A DNA stretch of 64,000 nt from assembly GCA_963741945.1 (NCBI GenBank), contig CAVUKA010000004.1, positions 96,001 to 160,000 of the forward strand, read 5' to 3'. The position numbers and the translations under genes were made by a program. Shown piece by piece: positions 27,718 to 37,856 of this stretch (position 1 is its first letter; every line of letters starts with the position of its first letter). The notes under the pieces were generated by a model that was given only the letters and a program-made list of their open reading frames with translations, made no database searches and had not been told where the DNA came from. Source of the stretch: an uncultured Gemmatimonadales bacterium (GTDB taxonomy: Bacteria > Gemmatimonadota > Gemmatimonadetes > Longimicrobiales > RSA9).

Positions 27718-29025
27718 ATGAACCCATCCCCGCCCGACCCGACCGCTGCGCGGAACCGCTGGCGCGGACTGCTCTCCGGGAACGTGCTCTGGCTGAGCGT
27801 CGCATCGTTCCTCAACGACGCGTCCAGCGAGATGATCTTCCCGCTCCTCCCCGCGTTCCTCGTCGGCACGCTCGGCGCGAGCGCCGTCTTCCTCGGCCTC
27901 GTGGAAGGCGTGGCGGAGACCACCGCGTCGTTCGTCAAGCTCGCGGGCGGCTGGGCGTCCGACCGCCTGCGGCGACGACGCGCCCTCGTCGCCTGGGGCT
28001 ACGCCATCGCCGCGGCCACCCGGCCCCTCATCGCCGCCGCTGTCCGCCCCTGGCACGTGCTGTCGATCCGCTTCGCCGACCGCGTCGGGAAAGGTGTCCG
28101 CACCGCGCCCCGCGACGCGCTCCTGGCCGATTCCGTTCCCGGCGACCGCCGCGGCCGCGCGTTCGGGATCCATCGCGCCGCCGACCACGCAGGCGCGGTG
28201 GTCGGACCACTCCTCGCCGCCGGCCTCCTCCTGGTCTGGCCCGGGCGGCTCCGCCTCGTGTTCCTCCTGGCCGCCATTCCCGCCGCCCTGGCGGTGGCCA
28301 TCATCGCGCTGCGCGTCCGCGAGATCCTGCCGCCAGGGACAGCAGCCGCATCAGCGCGAAGGGCCGGCCTGACCGGTGGCGGAGCGGACGCGGTCGGCGA
28401 ATCCGCCGCACCCGCCACCGCCCCTGATGCCGATTTCGCCCCGGCGAGGCTGGGACGCGGCTTCGTCGCATACCTGGCGGTGCTGGTGCTGTTCACGCTC
28501 GGCAACGCTTCCGACGCCTTCCTGCTCCTCCGCGCGCAGTCGCTCGGCGTGAGCCTCGCCCTGATCCCGATCCTTTGGGGCGCGTTCCACGTGAGCAAGA
28601 TGGGATGGAACCTCGTGGGTGGTGGCGTTGCGGATCGCATCGGGCCGGTTCCGGGCATCGTCGCCGGGTGGGTCGTCTACGCGGCCAGCTATGCCGGCTT
28701 CGCCATGGCGACGCGACCCTGGCACGCGTGGGCGCTGTTCGGCATCTACGGCCTCTTCTATGGCCTCACCGAGCCGACGGAGAAGGCGCTCGTTGCCGGA
28801 CTGGCTCCCTCGGCCGCCCGCGCCAGGGCGTTCGGCGCCTACCACTTCGCCATTGGCATCGCCGCGCTCCCCGCAAGCGTCCTCTTCGGCGCCGTCTGGG
28901 AAATCTGGAGTCCCGCCGTGGCGTTCCTGCTTGGCGCGGCGCTCGCGATCCTGGCGGCGCTCCTCCTCCCCGCTGCGGTCCGTCGGGCGGGGAGAACCGG
29001 GCGTGTGGACGCCGAAGGCTCATGA
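27718..29025 (+). CDS. MFS transporter
   Basis: GWASDRLRRR motif A, DRVGKGVRTAPRDAL, multiple TM segments. Confidence 0.92.
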   Translation: MNPSPPDPTAARNRWRGLLSGNVLWLSVASFLNDASSEMIFPLLPAFLVGTLGASAVFLGLVEGVAETTASFVKLAGGWASDRLRRRRALVAWGYAIAAATRPLIAAAVRPWHVLSIRFADRVGKGVRTAPRDALLADSVPGDRRGRAFGIHRAADHAGAVVGPLLAAGLLLVWPGRLRLVFLLAAIPAALAVAIIALRVREILPPGTAAASARRAGLTGGGADAVGESAAPATAPDADFAPARLGRGFVAYLAVLVLFTLGNASDAFLLLRAQSLGVSLALIPILWGAFHVSKMGWNLVGGGVADRIGPVPGIVAGWVVYAASYAGFAMATRPWHAWALFGIYGLFYGLTEPTEKALVAGLAPSAARARAFGAYHFAIGIAALPASVLFGAVWEIWSPAVAFLLGAALAILAALLLPAAVRRAGRTGRVDAEGS

Positions 29026-29071
29026 CCCTCGGACCCGGCTGGATCCCGCCGCTCCGTCGCCGGGCCGCGCG

Positions 29072-29908
29072 TCAACCGTCCTGGTCGCCCCCTGCCGACC
29101 CGCCCTCCTCACCCGGGCCGTTCCCGGCGCGGACGTCCGAAGGCGGGCGGGGCTCCGCCCGCTCGAGGGCTTTCCAGGTCCGCGCGGCGATGGCGCGGAT
29201 CAGCTCGGCCTCGCGTTCGTCCACGCTGGCGCGGCGCACGATGGCACGGAGCGTCCGCAGCACCGCGTCCGGGTTCTTGCCACCGCGATAGAAGTTGATG
29301 GCCTGGAGGTGCCGGTCGACGTGCTCGAAGACGTCGGCCAGGTGCGCGGTGGTGGCGGGTGCCGCATCACGGCGCGGCCGGGGCAGCGGTTTCTCGCTGC
29401 CCGGTCCGGCCAGCCAGAGCTCGTAGCAGACCAGCAGCGCCGCCTGTGCCAGGTTCAGCGATGGCCGCTCGGGGTCGGTGGGCACGGTCCAGATGCGGTC
29501 GCAGCGATCGAGCTGCTCGTTCGTCAGCCCGATGTCCTCGCGGCCGAAGACAATGGCCACGGGGCCGCGGCCCGTCCCGGCGAGGCGCAGGATGTGGTCG
29601 ACACCGTCGCGCGGGTGCTCCCAGGCGTGTCGCATGGCCCTGCGCCGCGCCGTGGTGCCCACCACTTCAACCGCATCGGCCGTGGCCTCTTCCAGCGTGT
29701 CGAAGAACTCCGCCCTGTCGCGCACGATCTCGGACCCGTGGGCGATGCCTTCGATCCGGTACTCGTCCCATTCCGCGGGATTGACCAGTCGGAGCCGGCG
29801 CAGGCCGGTGTTCATCATGGCGCGGATGGTACCGGCGATGTTGACCCGGTCCTGTGGCTCGTTCAGGACGACGACGACGTTTTCCTGCAGCAGCTCTCGG
29901 TTCTCCAT
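29072..29908 (-). CDS. trmJ: SPOUT tRNA methyltransferase, TrmJ/LasT family
   Basis: EPQ..NI...RAM.N.G, VGTTARR, IVFGREDIGLTNE, SLNLAQA. Confidence 0.88.
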   Translation of the reverse strand: MENRELLQENVVVVLNEPQDRVNIAGTIRAMMNTGLRRLRLVNPAEWDEYRIEGIAHGSEIVRDRAEFFDTLEEATADAVEVVGTTARRRAMRHAWEHPRDGVDHILRLAGTGRGPVAIVFGREDIGLTNEQLDRCDRIWTVPTDPERPSLNLAQAALLVCYELWLAGPGSEKPLPRPRRDAAPATTAHLADVFEHVDRHLQAINFYRGGKNPDAVLRTLRAIVRRASVDEREAELIRAIAARTWKALERAEPRPPSDVRAGNGPGEEGGSAGGDQDG

Positions 29909-29977
29909 GGCGGGTAAGGTAGCAGGTTGCGGGCGGGCGGCGGCAGGCCGGCCCCCGTCGCCCGTCCCTGCTGCGTC

Positions 29978-31264
29978 CTACCTCGCCGGCGGAGCGGTCG
30001 TCGCTTCCACCTCCACGCCAAGCAGCTCGATCTCGGTGGCCGGCTGCCACACCTGGAGGATGGGGAACCGGGCGCCGAACCAGGCGAGAGCGCCGATGAG
30101 GAGGCCCAGCATGGCCACGGCGGCGCCCACCTCCGGGAGACCGAACAGGAGCTCGGGCGCGTCGGGGTAGAGCGTCGGGTACACCAGGATGTATCGCTCC
30201 AGCCACAGGCCGAAGAGGCTGACGAACGCCACGAGGGCGAGCACCACGGGCGTCTTCTTCGCCCGCACACCGAGCAGGCTGAAGAAGGGGAGGACGAACA
30301 GGAACAGGCCGATGACGATGGAGAGCGGCCGGTACGGCGCGCCGAGCCGGTGCACCAGGAAGCTCTGCTCGTTCGGCAGCTTGCCGTACCAGATCACGAT
30401 GTACTGGGACCAGAACAGATAGGCCCAGAAGATGGAGAACGCGAAGAAGAGCTTCCCCAGGTCGTGGAGGTTCGCGCCTTCCACGTATTCCTCGAGCCCG
30501 AGCCGCCACCGGTACAGCACGGCCACCACGGCCGTCGCTGCGATCCCGCCCAGGAACGCCGCCATGAAGACGTACGGCCCAATGAGCGTGCTCAGCCATT
30601 CGGGGTCCAGCGACATGACGAAATCGATGGCGATGAAGCTGAACGCGAACGCGTAGACCAGCGCCATCGCCGGCGCCAGCCGGCTCAATCGCCGCTGCGC
30701 CCGCTCTTCCTCCAGCTCCTGCCCACTCCACCCGCGAGTCAGGCGGTCGAAAGTGCCCCAGCCGGCATCGCGCGCGAGTCCCGCGTCCGGCCGCAGCTGC
30801 CAGTACACGAAGATCAGCGAGAGCGCGAGAAGCGCCGCCAGCGAAACCACGTGCCGCCCCCACAGGAACGGCATGTTCAGGTAGGCCGCTTTCGCTCCCA
30901 CGTCCTCGTGCAGCCAGGGGAACAGGTGCGGCGCGCCCCAGATCAGGAGCGGTGGGAGCAGCAGGATGTAGGCGATGGGGAGGAACGCGCTGAACGACGC
31001 AGCAATGCGCCGGATCGGGCGGGACCACACGCCGCGGGTCATGGCGACCACGGCGGCCAGAATCACGGCGCCCTGGGCGATGCCGGCGAAGAAGATCCAG
31101 TTGTACGTGTAGGCGCGCCACGCGCGGTTCGCGTCGCCGGTCAGGGCGATGGCCCATGCAATGGCGCCCGCCGCGAACAGCACTCCCGCCGCCGCGAACA
31201 GCGGCATCGGTCGCTCCAGCCGCCGGAGCGGGTACTCCTTCAGCTCCCCGATGTCGTGCGCCAT
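29978..31264 (-). CDS. actF: Alternative complex III subunit F (NrfD-like membrane protein)
   Basis: DFVMSLDPEWLST, HDLGKLFFAF, WAYLFWSQYIVIWY..LP.E; operon position. Confidence 0.88.
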   Translation of the reverse strand: MAHDIGELKEYPLRRLERPMPLFAAAGVLFAAGAIAWAIALTGDANRAWRAYTYNWIFFAGIAQGAVILAAVVAMTRGVWSRPIRRIAASFSAFLPIAYILLLPPLLIWGAPHLFPWLHEDVGAKAAYLNMPFLWGRHVVSLAALLALSLIFVYWQLRPDAGLARDAGWGTFDRLTRGWSGQELEEERAQRRLSRLAPAMALVYAFAFSFIAIDFVMSLDPEWLSTLIGPYVFMAAFLGGIAATAVVAVLYRWRLGLEEYVEGANLHDLGKLFFAFSIFWAYLFWSQYIVIWYGKLPNEQSFLVHRLGAPYRPLSIVIGLFLFVLPFFSLLGVRAKKTPVVLALVAFVSLFGLWLERYILVYPTLYPDAPELLFGLPEVGAAVAMLGLLIGALAWFGARFPILQVWQPATEIELLGVEVEATTAPPAR

Positions 31265-31265
31265 G

Positions 31266-31913
31266 CTACTCCTGCCCCTGCATTGTCGTGTCCGCCGCCG
31301 CGGCGCCGGCGGCCCCGGGCTCCGGCGGCATCACGAGGCCCGGCAGCTGCACCGGGATCGGCTCGTTCCCCTGCTGGAGGTACCGGACGTAGTTGACCAC
31401 GGCCCAGCGGTGCGACGGCGGGATCCGGTCGTAGCTCGGCATGAGGCCTCGTCCCAGCCGGATCATGCCATAGATGTAGCCGTCACTCCGGTTCACGGTG
31501 GTCGGCAGCATCAGGTTCGTCGCCAGCGGGAACTTCCCCGGCGCGACGATCGGTCCGTTCCCCACGCCCGTCGCGCCGTGGCAGACCGCGCAGTTCGTCA
31601 TGAACGTTTCCGCGCCCACCTCGAGTACCGCATCGCTCATCGGCAGCGGGTTGGTCATCGTGTCCGCCCACGCCCGGATCCCCGCGTCCGTGGACTCCAC
31701 CGCCGGCTCCCACTTCCCCCCCGGTCCGGCCACTGGAACCGAGTTCGCCGGCGCAGGACGCGGCGCCTCGTACGGATCGAAGAATGGCGCCTCGTGCATG
31801 AAGTCCAGGAACGGCACCGAGGCCATGGCGTTCTCGATGCGTGTGCACCCGCCCAGCACCAGCGTGCTCGCCGCCACCACCCCCAGCAGCGCCGCCCGAA
31901 GCTCACGCCGCAT
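31266..31913 (-). CDS. actE: Alternative complex III monoheme cytochrome c lipoprotein
   Basis: LGGC lipobox, CAVCH, GLMPSY axial Met, RWAVVNYVRYLQ. Confidence 0.9.
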   Translation of the reverse strand: MRRELRAALLGVVAASTLVLGGCTRIENAMASVPFLDFMHEAPFFDPYEAPRPAPANSVPVAGPGGKWEPAVESTDAGIRAWADTMTNPLPMSDAVLEVGAETFMTNCAVCHGATGVGNGPIVAPGKFPLATNLMLPTTVNRSDGYIYGMIRLGRGLMPSYDRIPPSHRWAVVNYVRYLQQGNEPIPVQLPGLVMPPEPGAAGAAAADTTMQGQE

Positions 31914-32430
31914 GGTCCCCCTCCTCATCCCACGGCTGCACTTCCACCGCCCCGTTCTCCTTCAGGATCCGGCTCGCGTCCTCGCCCCGCCCTTCCGGCG
32001 CGTCCACGAGCACGCCGAACTGGCCGGCCGAGAACGTGGGGTCATACGCGATCCCCCGACCTGGCGCCCCCAGCCTCGCATTGATGAACAGGCCGACCAC
32101 CGTTGCCAGGGCGCCGAACAGGATCGTCAGCTCGAAGCCGATCACCACGAACGCAGGCAGCGCGATGATCGCCTTGCCACCGGTGACGAGCGGCCAGTCC
32201 AGTGAAGTCCAGATCGCCAGCGCGAATCCCAATGCCGCGCCCGTGAGCCCGCCCACCAGCGTGTACAGCCGCACCGGGCTCTGCGGCCGATGCAGCGCGT
32301 GCTCCAGATCGTGCTGGGGCAGCGGAGAGTAGGTCTCCACGTCCGTGAGCCCCGCCGCGCGCAGCTTGCCAATGGCCGCCGTCGCAGTGTCCACTTCCGG
32401 GAACACGCCCAGGTACCGTCCGCCCGCCAT
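31903..32430 (-). CDS. actD: Alternative complex III subunit D (DUF3341)
   Basis: ETYSP, GGLTG, DWPLVTGGK, FELTILFG, YDP.FS. Confidence 0.9.
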   Translation of the reverse strand: MAGGRYLGVFPEVDTATAAIGKLRAAGLTDVETYSPLPQHDLEHALHRPQSPVRLYTLVGGLTGAALGFALAIWTSLDWPLVTGGKAIIALPAFVVIGFELTILFGALATVVGLFINARLGAPGRGIAYDPTFSAGQFGVLVDAPEGRGEDASRILKENGAVEVQPWDEEGDHAA

Positions 32431-33848
32431 TACTCGTCCTCCTCGGTGCGCGCGCCGGGCGCCAGCAGCTCGCCCGTGCTGCGCCGGGCCGGGTCCCGGC
32501 CGCGGCGCCGGGGCGCCGGCAGCACTTCCTTGAGCTCGGCCACGGACACGGGCGGCAGCACGCGCATGAAGAGCAGGAACCACATGAAGAACCAGCCGAA
32601 GCTCCCCACCATGATCCCCATCTCGACCCAGCTCGGCTTGTACACGTTCCACTGCCACGGCTCGTATTCGTGACCCAGGCTGGTCACGATGATCACGAAC
32701 CGCTCGAACCACATGCCAATGTTCACGAAGATGGTCACCGTGAACAGAGCCGGGATGCTCGTCCGCACTTTCCTGAACCAGAGTACCTGCGGAATCACCG
32801 AGTTGCACAGCACCATGATGGACGCCGCCCACCAGTAGTTGGTGATCAGCCCGGCGATGATGTACTGACCCTCCTGGTGCGGCGGCTCCCCGCTGTACCA
32901 GACCATGAACACTTCCGCCGCATAGGCGTAGGTGACGATCAGCCCCGTCAGCAGGATCAGCTTCGACATGGCGTCGAAGTGCTTTTCCGTGAAGTAGGCC
33001 TCCAGGCCGAAGATCTTCCGGATCGGGATCAGCAGCGTGATCACCATGGCGATCCCGCTGAAGATGGCGCCGGCCACGAAGTAGGGGGCGAAGATCGTGG
33101 AGTGCCAGCCCGGGACGATGCTCATGGCGAAGTCCCAGGACACTACGCTGTGCACCGACAGCACCAGTGGTGTGGCCAGCGCGGCCAGGTACAGGTAGGC
33201 GCGGTTGAAATGCAGCCACTGCCGCCCGCTCCCGCGCCAGCCGAAGCTCAGAGCCGTGTACAGCTTCTTCCGCCACGGCACCGTCGTGGAGTCCCTCGCC
33301 GCCGCGATATCCGGGATCATCCCGATCAGGAAGAATGTGGCGCTCACCGTCAGGTACGTGCTGATCGCGAATACGTCCCAGACAAGCGGGCTGCGGAAGT
33401 TCGGCCAGATGGTCCGCTGGTTCGGGTACGGGATCAGCCAGTAGAAGACGAACGGTCGCCCCAGGTGGATGATCGGGAACAGCCCCGCAGTCATCACCGC
33501 GAACACCGTCATGGCTTCGGCCGCGCGATAGATCGACTGCCGCCACCGCGCCCGGAACAGGAACAGGATGGCGGAGATGAGCGTCCCCGAGTGGGCGATC
33601 CCGACCCAGAAGACGAACGTCGTGATGTAGACGCCCCACCCGATAGGGTTCATCAGCCCGCTCATCCCGATGCCGAGATAGAGCTGGGTGAAGAAGCTGA
33701 ACGCCAGCAGCCCGACGGCGGCGACGGCGAACGCAAGCAGGATGAAGTAGGTGCGCCCGGGACGGCTCAGGATCTTGAGGACGTCCCGATTGACGTCGGT
33801 GTACCGCTCGACCTCCGGGTGCGTCTCGGAGCGAACGACTTTGGGCAT
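32430..33848 (-). CDS. actC: Alternative complex III quinol-binding subunit C (NrfD/PsrC)
   Basis: WGVYITTFVFWVGIAHSGTLIS, HLGRP, NFRSPLVWD, SVHSVVSWDFA, MWFERF. Confidence 0.95.
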   Translation of the reverse strand: MPKVVRSETHPEVERYTDVNRDVLKILSRPGRTYFILLAFAVAAVGLLAFSFFTQLYLGIGMSGLMNPIGWGVYITTFVFWVGIAHSGTLISAILFLFRARWRQSIYRAAEAMTVFAVMTAGLFPIIHLGRPFVFYWLIPYPNQRTIWPNFRSPLVWDVFAISTYLTVSATFFLIGMIPDIAAARDSTTVPWRKKLYTALSFGWRGSGRQWLHFNRAYLYLAALATPLVLSVHSVVSWDFAMSIVPGWHSTIFAPYFVAGAIFSGIAMVITLLIPIRKIFGLEAYFTEKHFDAMSKLILLTGLIVTYAYAAEVFMVWYSGEPPHQEGQYIIAGLITNYWWAASIMVLCNSVIPQVLWFRKVRTSIPALFTVTIFVNIGMWFERFVIIVTSLGHEYEPWQWNVYKPSWVEMGIMVGSFGWFFMWFLLFMRVLPPVSVAELKEVLPAPRRRGRDPARRSTGELLAPGARTEEDE

Positions 33849-36800
33849 CAGTCCTCCGCTCCTTCCGTCGCGTGCGTCACCACCGGCTGCAGGTAGACGA
33901 TCGCCGACTGGGTGTTCAGCTCGTCGAACACGCGGAAGCCGCGTCCGGACAGCGCCACCTGGACCACGCGCGATTCCGGGTTCTTCATGTCGCCGAAGAC
34001 AATGGCGTTGCCTGGGCAGGTCTGCGCGCAGGCGGGCACGATCTCGCCATCGCGCACCACGCGCCCGTCCACCCTGGCCCGCCGCTCGGTCTCACGGATG
34101 CGCTGCACGCAGAACGTGCACTTCTCCATGATCCCCTTCTCCCGTACGGTCACGTCCGGGTTCAGCTGCCAGTTGAGCGGCTCCGGCCACTCGTAGCTGA
34201 AGAAGTTGAAATAGCGGACCTTGTACGGGCAGTTGTTCGCGCAGTAGCGCGTGCCCACGCAACGGTTGTAGACCTGTCCGTTCAGGCCGTCCGGGGTGTG
34301 ATAGGACGCATAGACGGGGCACACCGGCTCGCATGGCGCATTGCCGCATTGCTGGCAGAGCATGGGGAGAAAGTTCGTCCCCCGGGGCGTACCGTCCTCC
34401 TCGAGCTCGAAATACCGCTCGATGCGCATCCACTGGATCAGACGACCCTGCGCCACCAGCTCGGGGCCGACCATGCCGATGTTGTTCTCGGCCTGGCACG
34501 CCGTCTGGCAGGCGCTGCAGCCGATGCACCGCTCCAGGTCGATCGCCATCCCCCAGCGCGGTACGGCCTCCGTGTACTCACCGTAGTGCGTGCCCGGGGG
34601 CGGATAATCCTGCGGCGCGGCGCCCATGGGCACCGGCGCGAAACCGCCCGAGCCCTGCAGCTGCCAGACTGTCTCTTCCATGGGGTGAGCTTCTCGATGG
34701 GCGTGTGTTCGCGCGACGCCCTCGCTTTCCTCCGCCGCCGCCACCCCGGTGCCCGCGCCCGCTTCGGTGCCCTCCGCCGGAGCCACGCCAGCCGCACCAC
34801 CGTGCGCCACCGCTCCGGCCACGCCGGCGCCCCGGGCACCATCCGCGGCGATGGCTTCCTGCAACGTCATCTTCTCGATGATGTCCCGTCCGCTCTCCGT
34901 TTCCTGGGTGGACGAGAACGGCTGCCGCTCCCACCGCCCGGTGGGCGTGACCGCGGCCCGGACCTGGATCCAGGCCAGCGTGCCGGACGGGGCGTCGTAC
35001 GCCGGCGCCAGCAGCTGCGTGGGATTCACTCCGCGATCCCGCGCGTAGCGGCCGAAATGCTCGTGCCCCTGCCCCAGCTGAATGGCAATGGTGTCTTCGC
35101 GCATCCCGGGATGCCGCCAGACCGGCAGCTCCAGGCTGCCATTCGGCGTCGTCACCGTGACGATGTGCCCGTCGTCCAGTCCCAGGTCGTCCGCCGCACG
35201 AGGATGGATCTCCAGCACGGTGCCCCACGTATGCTTGCTGATCGGGTCCGGCAGCTCCTGCAGCCACGGCCGGTTGGCCAGCCGGCCGTCGTAGAAGCGA
35301 TACGAGGGGTAGACGACGAGGGCGAACTCCCCATCTCCCGCCAGCGGCGCCGGCTCCGCCGTCAGTCTGGCGATCCCGCCCGCGCCGGGCGCCGCCGCCG
35401 TGGCCCCGGAAGCGTTCTCCGGAAGAACGACCACCCCCTCCGACAGCGCCTGCGTCCACCACACGTCGAAGCTGCCGCCATCTCCCGCGCGCGCCTGCAC
35501 GCCGTGCCAGCGCTCCCGCAGGTAGTCGTAGAACGTCGTGGCCCGGGTGGTCAGCGGGGCGCCGGCACGTCGCGCCACCGACAGCAGCACGTCGCCGGTC
35601 TGCTTGGTGTCGAACACCGGCGTCATCACGGGCTGGATCAGCGAATGAACACCCGGCCGCGGCTCGTAATCACCCCACGCTTCCAGGAAATGATGGTCCG
35701 GGAGAACCACGTGCGCGCGGGCAGCCGTGTCATCCAGCCAGGGAGAGAACGAGGCGAGCAGCGGTACCTGGCTCAGCGCCGCCTCCACCCGCGCACGGTC
35801 GGGAAGGTCGTAGAGCGGATTCGGACCGTGCACCAGGAGGATCGAAACCCGACCGGCCGCCATGTCCTCCACCAGCGCCGCCATCTCGCGGTACGACGTC
35901 AGTCCTTCCGGCGCCGGCCCCGGGCGCACGGCGCGGCCCACGTTCCCGGCCGCTTCGTTCAGCACGGCCACTGCAAGGGCCAGCGTGGTCGCCGCCTCGC
36001 CCGTGGTACCCACGCCCGGGCCGACCGCCAGCGATCGACCGCCGTTCGCGAACACTTCCGCCGCCGCCACGATCCGCTCCAACGGCACCCCGGCCGCTTC
36101 CGCGGCGCGCGCCGGGTCCACGGGCGGGAGCATGCCCAGGGCGGCGCCGCCGAGGCCGGTCCGCTCGCCCACGAGCCGCGCCATCGCAAGCGCCACCAGG
36201 TGCTCCGTTCCCGCCCGTGCCGGCAGCCACTCGTCCGCGTTCAGGTCCGTGAGCGACTGGTGCGGCGTCACCGAGATCAGTCGCCCGCGCCGACCGTTCG
36301 CGTACGCGTGGCTCTCGACCCAGCCGTGCGCATAGTCCACCGGCGACAGCCACGTCTCCATGAAGTCCGCGCCGAACGTGACGACTACCTCGGCCTGCGA
36401 GAAGTCGTGGATCGGGATCGCCTCCCGCCCGTAGAGCGCGCCATACGCCGCCCGGATCGGGCCGTGCGAGAACGACTCGAACTTCACCCGCCGCACACCC
36501 ATCGCCCCGCACCACTCGTCGAGCAGCGCGTCCATGCTGCCCGCCTCCGGACGCGTCAGGAACACCGCTTCGCCCGCCGCCGAACCAAGCGCGTCCGCCA
36601 GCGACTGCTCCGCGCGGTCCCAGCTCACTCGCGTCCACCGCCCCGCATCGCGCACCAGCGCCTGCGGCACACGGTCCGGGTCGTACACCCCGTGCAGCGA
36701 CGCCTGCCCGCGCGCGCACAGCTTGCCGTGCGAGATCGGTGACGCTGCGCTGCCCTCCGCCTTGAGCGCCCGCCCCTCCCGCGTCCGCACCGTCATTCCG

Positions 36801-37084
36801 CACCCGGCGGGACACTCCCGGCAGGTGGTGCGGTAATACGTCGACATGCCGGGGACCACGTCCTCCTGCTGGATCACGTACGGGAGCAGGCGGTCCGGCG
36901 CATCCGAGCAGCCAGTGAGCGCGGCGCCTGCGCCCGCGACGCCGAGCACCTTCAGGAAGTCCCGCCGCTCGATCCCGCTCCCCCGCGCCTCGTCGCTCGC
37001 CCCGGGGACCCTCACGGAAGGCGTCTCGCCCGCACTGCCATTCGTCACGGGACCCTGTCTGCTGGGTGTGTCGTTGGAAGCCAT
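33848..37084 (-). CDS. actB: Alternative complex III subunit B (molybdopterin-oxidoreductase-like + Fe-S fusion)
   Basis: RRDFLK Tat signal; ANRPWLQELPDP; CIGCSACQTAC, CQQC..APCEPVC, CVGTRYCANNC, EKCTFC. Confidence 0.93.
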   Translation of the reverse strand: MASNDTPSRQGPVTNGSAGETPSVRVPGASDEARGSGIERRDFLKVLGVAGAGAALTGCSDAPDRLLPYVIQQEDVVPGMSTYYRTTCRECPAGCGMTVRTREGRALKAEGSAASPISHGKLCARGQASLHGVYDPDRVPQALVRDAGRWTRVSWDRAEQSLADALGSAAGEAVFLTRPEAGSMDALLDEWCGAMGVRRVKFESFSHGPIRAAYGALYGREAIPIHDFSQAEVVVTFGADFMETWLSPVDYAHGWVESHAYANGRRGRLISVTPHQSLTDLNADEWLPARAGTEHLVALAMARLVGERTGLGGAALGMLPPVDPARAAEAAGVPLERIVAAAEVFANGGRSLAVGPGVGTTGEAATTLALAVAVLNEAAGNVGRAVRPGPAPEGLTSYREMAALVEDMAAGRVSILLVHGPNPLYDLPDRARVEAALSQVPLLASFSPWLDDTAARAHVVLPDHHFLEAWGDYEPRPGVHSLIQPVMTPVFDTKQTGDVLLSVARRAGAPLTTRATTFYDYLRERWHGVQARAGDGGSFDVWWTQALSEGVVVLPENASGATAAAPGAGGIARLTAEPAPLAGDGEFALVVYPSYRFYDGRLANRPWLQELPDPISKHTWGTVLEIHPRAADDLGLDDGHIVTVTTPNGSLELPVWRHPGMREDTIAIQLGQGHEHFGRYARDRGVNPTQLLAPAYDAPSGTLAWIQVRAAVTPTGRWERQPFSSTQETESGRDIIEKMTLQEAIAADGARGAGVAGAVAHGGAAGVAPAEGTEAGAGTGVAAAEESEGVARTHAHREAHPMEETVWQLQGSGGFAPVPMGAAPQDYPPPGTHYGEYTEAVPRWGMAIDLERCIGCSACQTACQAENNIGMVGPELVAQGRLIQWMRIERYFELEEDGTPRGTNFLPMLCQQCGNAPCEPVCPVYASYHTPDGLNGQVYNRCVGTRYCANNCPYKVRYFNFFSYEWPEPLNWQLNPDVTVREKGIMEKCTFCVQRIRETERRARVDGRVVRDGEIVPACAQTCPGNAIVFGDMKNPESRVVQVALSGRGFRVFDELNTQSAIVYLQPVVTHATEGAED

Positions 37085-37091
37085 GGGCGCG

Positions 37092-37610
37092 TCAGTAGTG
37101 GCACACGAAACAGTCCGTGCGCACTCCGCGCTCGCGGTGGCACTGCAGGCACCAGCCCATCCGCAGATCCTGCTGCTTCACCACCGTCACCATCGCCTGC
37201 ACCTGACCGTGGCAGTCCTGGCATTCCAGGCTGTCCGCGTTCACGTGCACGTAATGCGGGAAATGGACGTGATCCGGCAGGTCGTGGATCCGGACCCACG
37301 GGATCGGCTTCTTCGCGTTCCAGTACGCCGTCAGTGTCCGCACACCGGGACTGTCCGCCGCCACCATCGGCACGCCGCCCGGGATATGGCATCCCGCGCA
37401 CACCGACACCGGCGGAATCCCCGCATCCACCGACCGGTCGGCCGAGAAGTGGCAGTACAGGCAGGGAATGTCGTTCTGACCGACATGGATGTCGTGCGGG
37501 AACGGGATCGGCTGGGCGATTTCTCCGCCACCCGTGAAGGTCACTGCCGCAGCGGCGCCCGCCGCGAGCAGGACAACGATCCCGACAGCAATGAGGGTCC
37601 CTCGTCCCAT
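37092..37610 (-). CDS. actA: Alternative complex III pentaheme cytochrome c
   Basis: Five CxxCH motifs (CLYCH, CAGCH, CQDCH, CLQCH, CFVCH), QPIPFPH, N-terminal TM. Confidence 0.93.
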   Translation of the reverse strand: MGRGTLIAVGIVVLLAAGAAAAVTFTGGGEIAQPIPFPHDIHVGQNDIPCLYCHFSADRSVDAGIPPVSVCAGCHIPGGVPMVAADSPGVRTLTAYWNAKKPIPWVRIHDLPDHVHFPHYVHVNADSLECQDCHGQVQAMVTVVKQQDLRMGWCLQCHRERGVRTDCFVCHY

Positions 37611-37856
37611 CCACGATCCCCGTGAGACGGCCTGTTGTGGTAGGCCCGATTACATCCGTGCCGGCATTTTCCCCACCGGCTCTAGAGGCGGCAATATTGT
37701 CACTGCGTTTTCCCCCACGCAACCCCGGAGCTCTCCCGCATTGCCGCCTTCGTGCACGCCGTGACTGTCACACCCGGACCGCACCAGGCGTTAGATTGGT
37801 GGGTGACCATGCGCGCCCTGAGCGGAAGGGAAACGCCCATTGGTAGCGGAGGCATC

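Noticed and set aside
37690..37772. FNR/CRP/Rex site upstream of actA (CAATATTG and GTGACTGTCAC palindromes)
   Set aside because: Short palindromes whose spacing does not match these consensus operators
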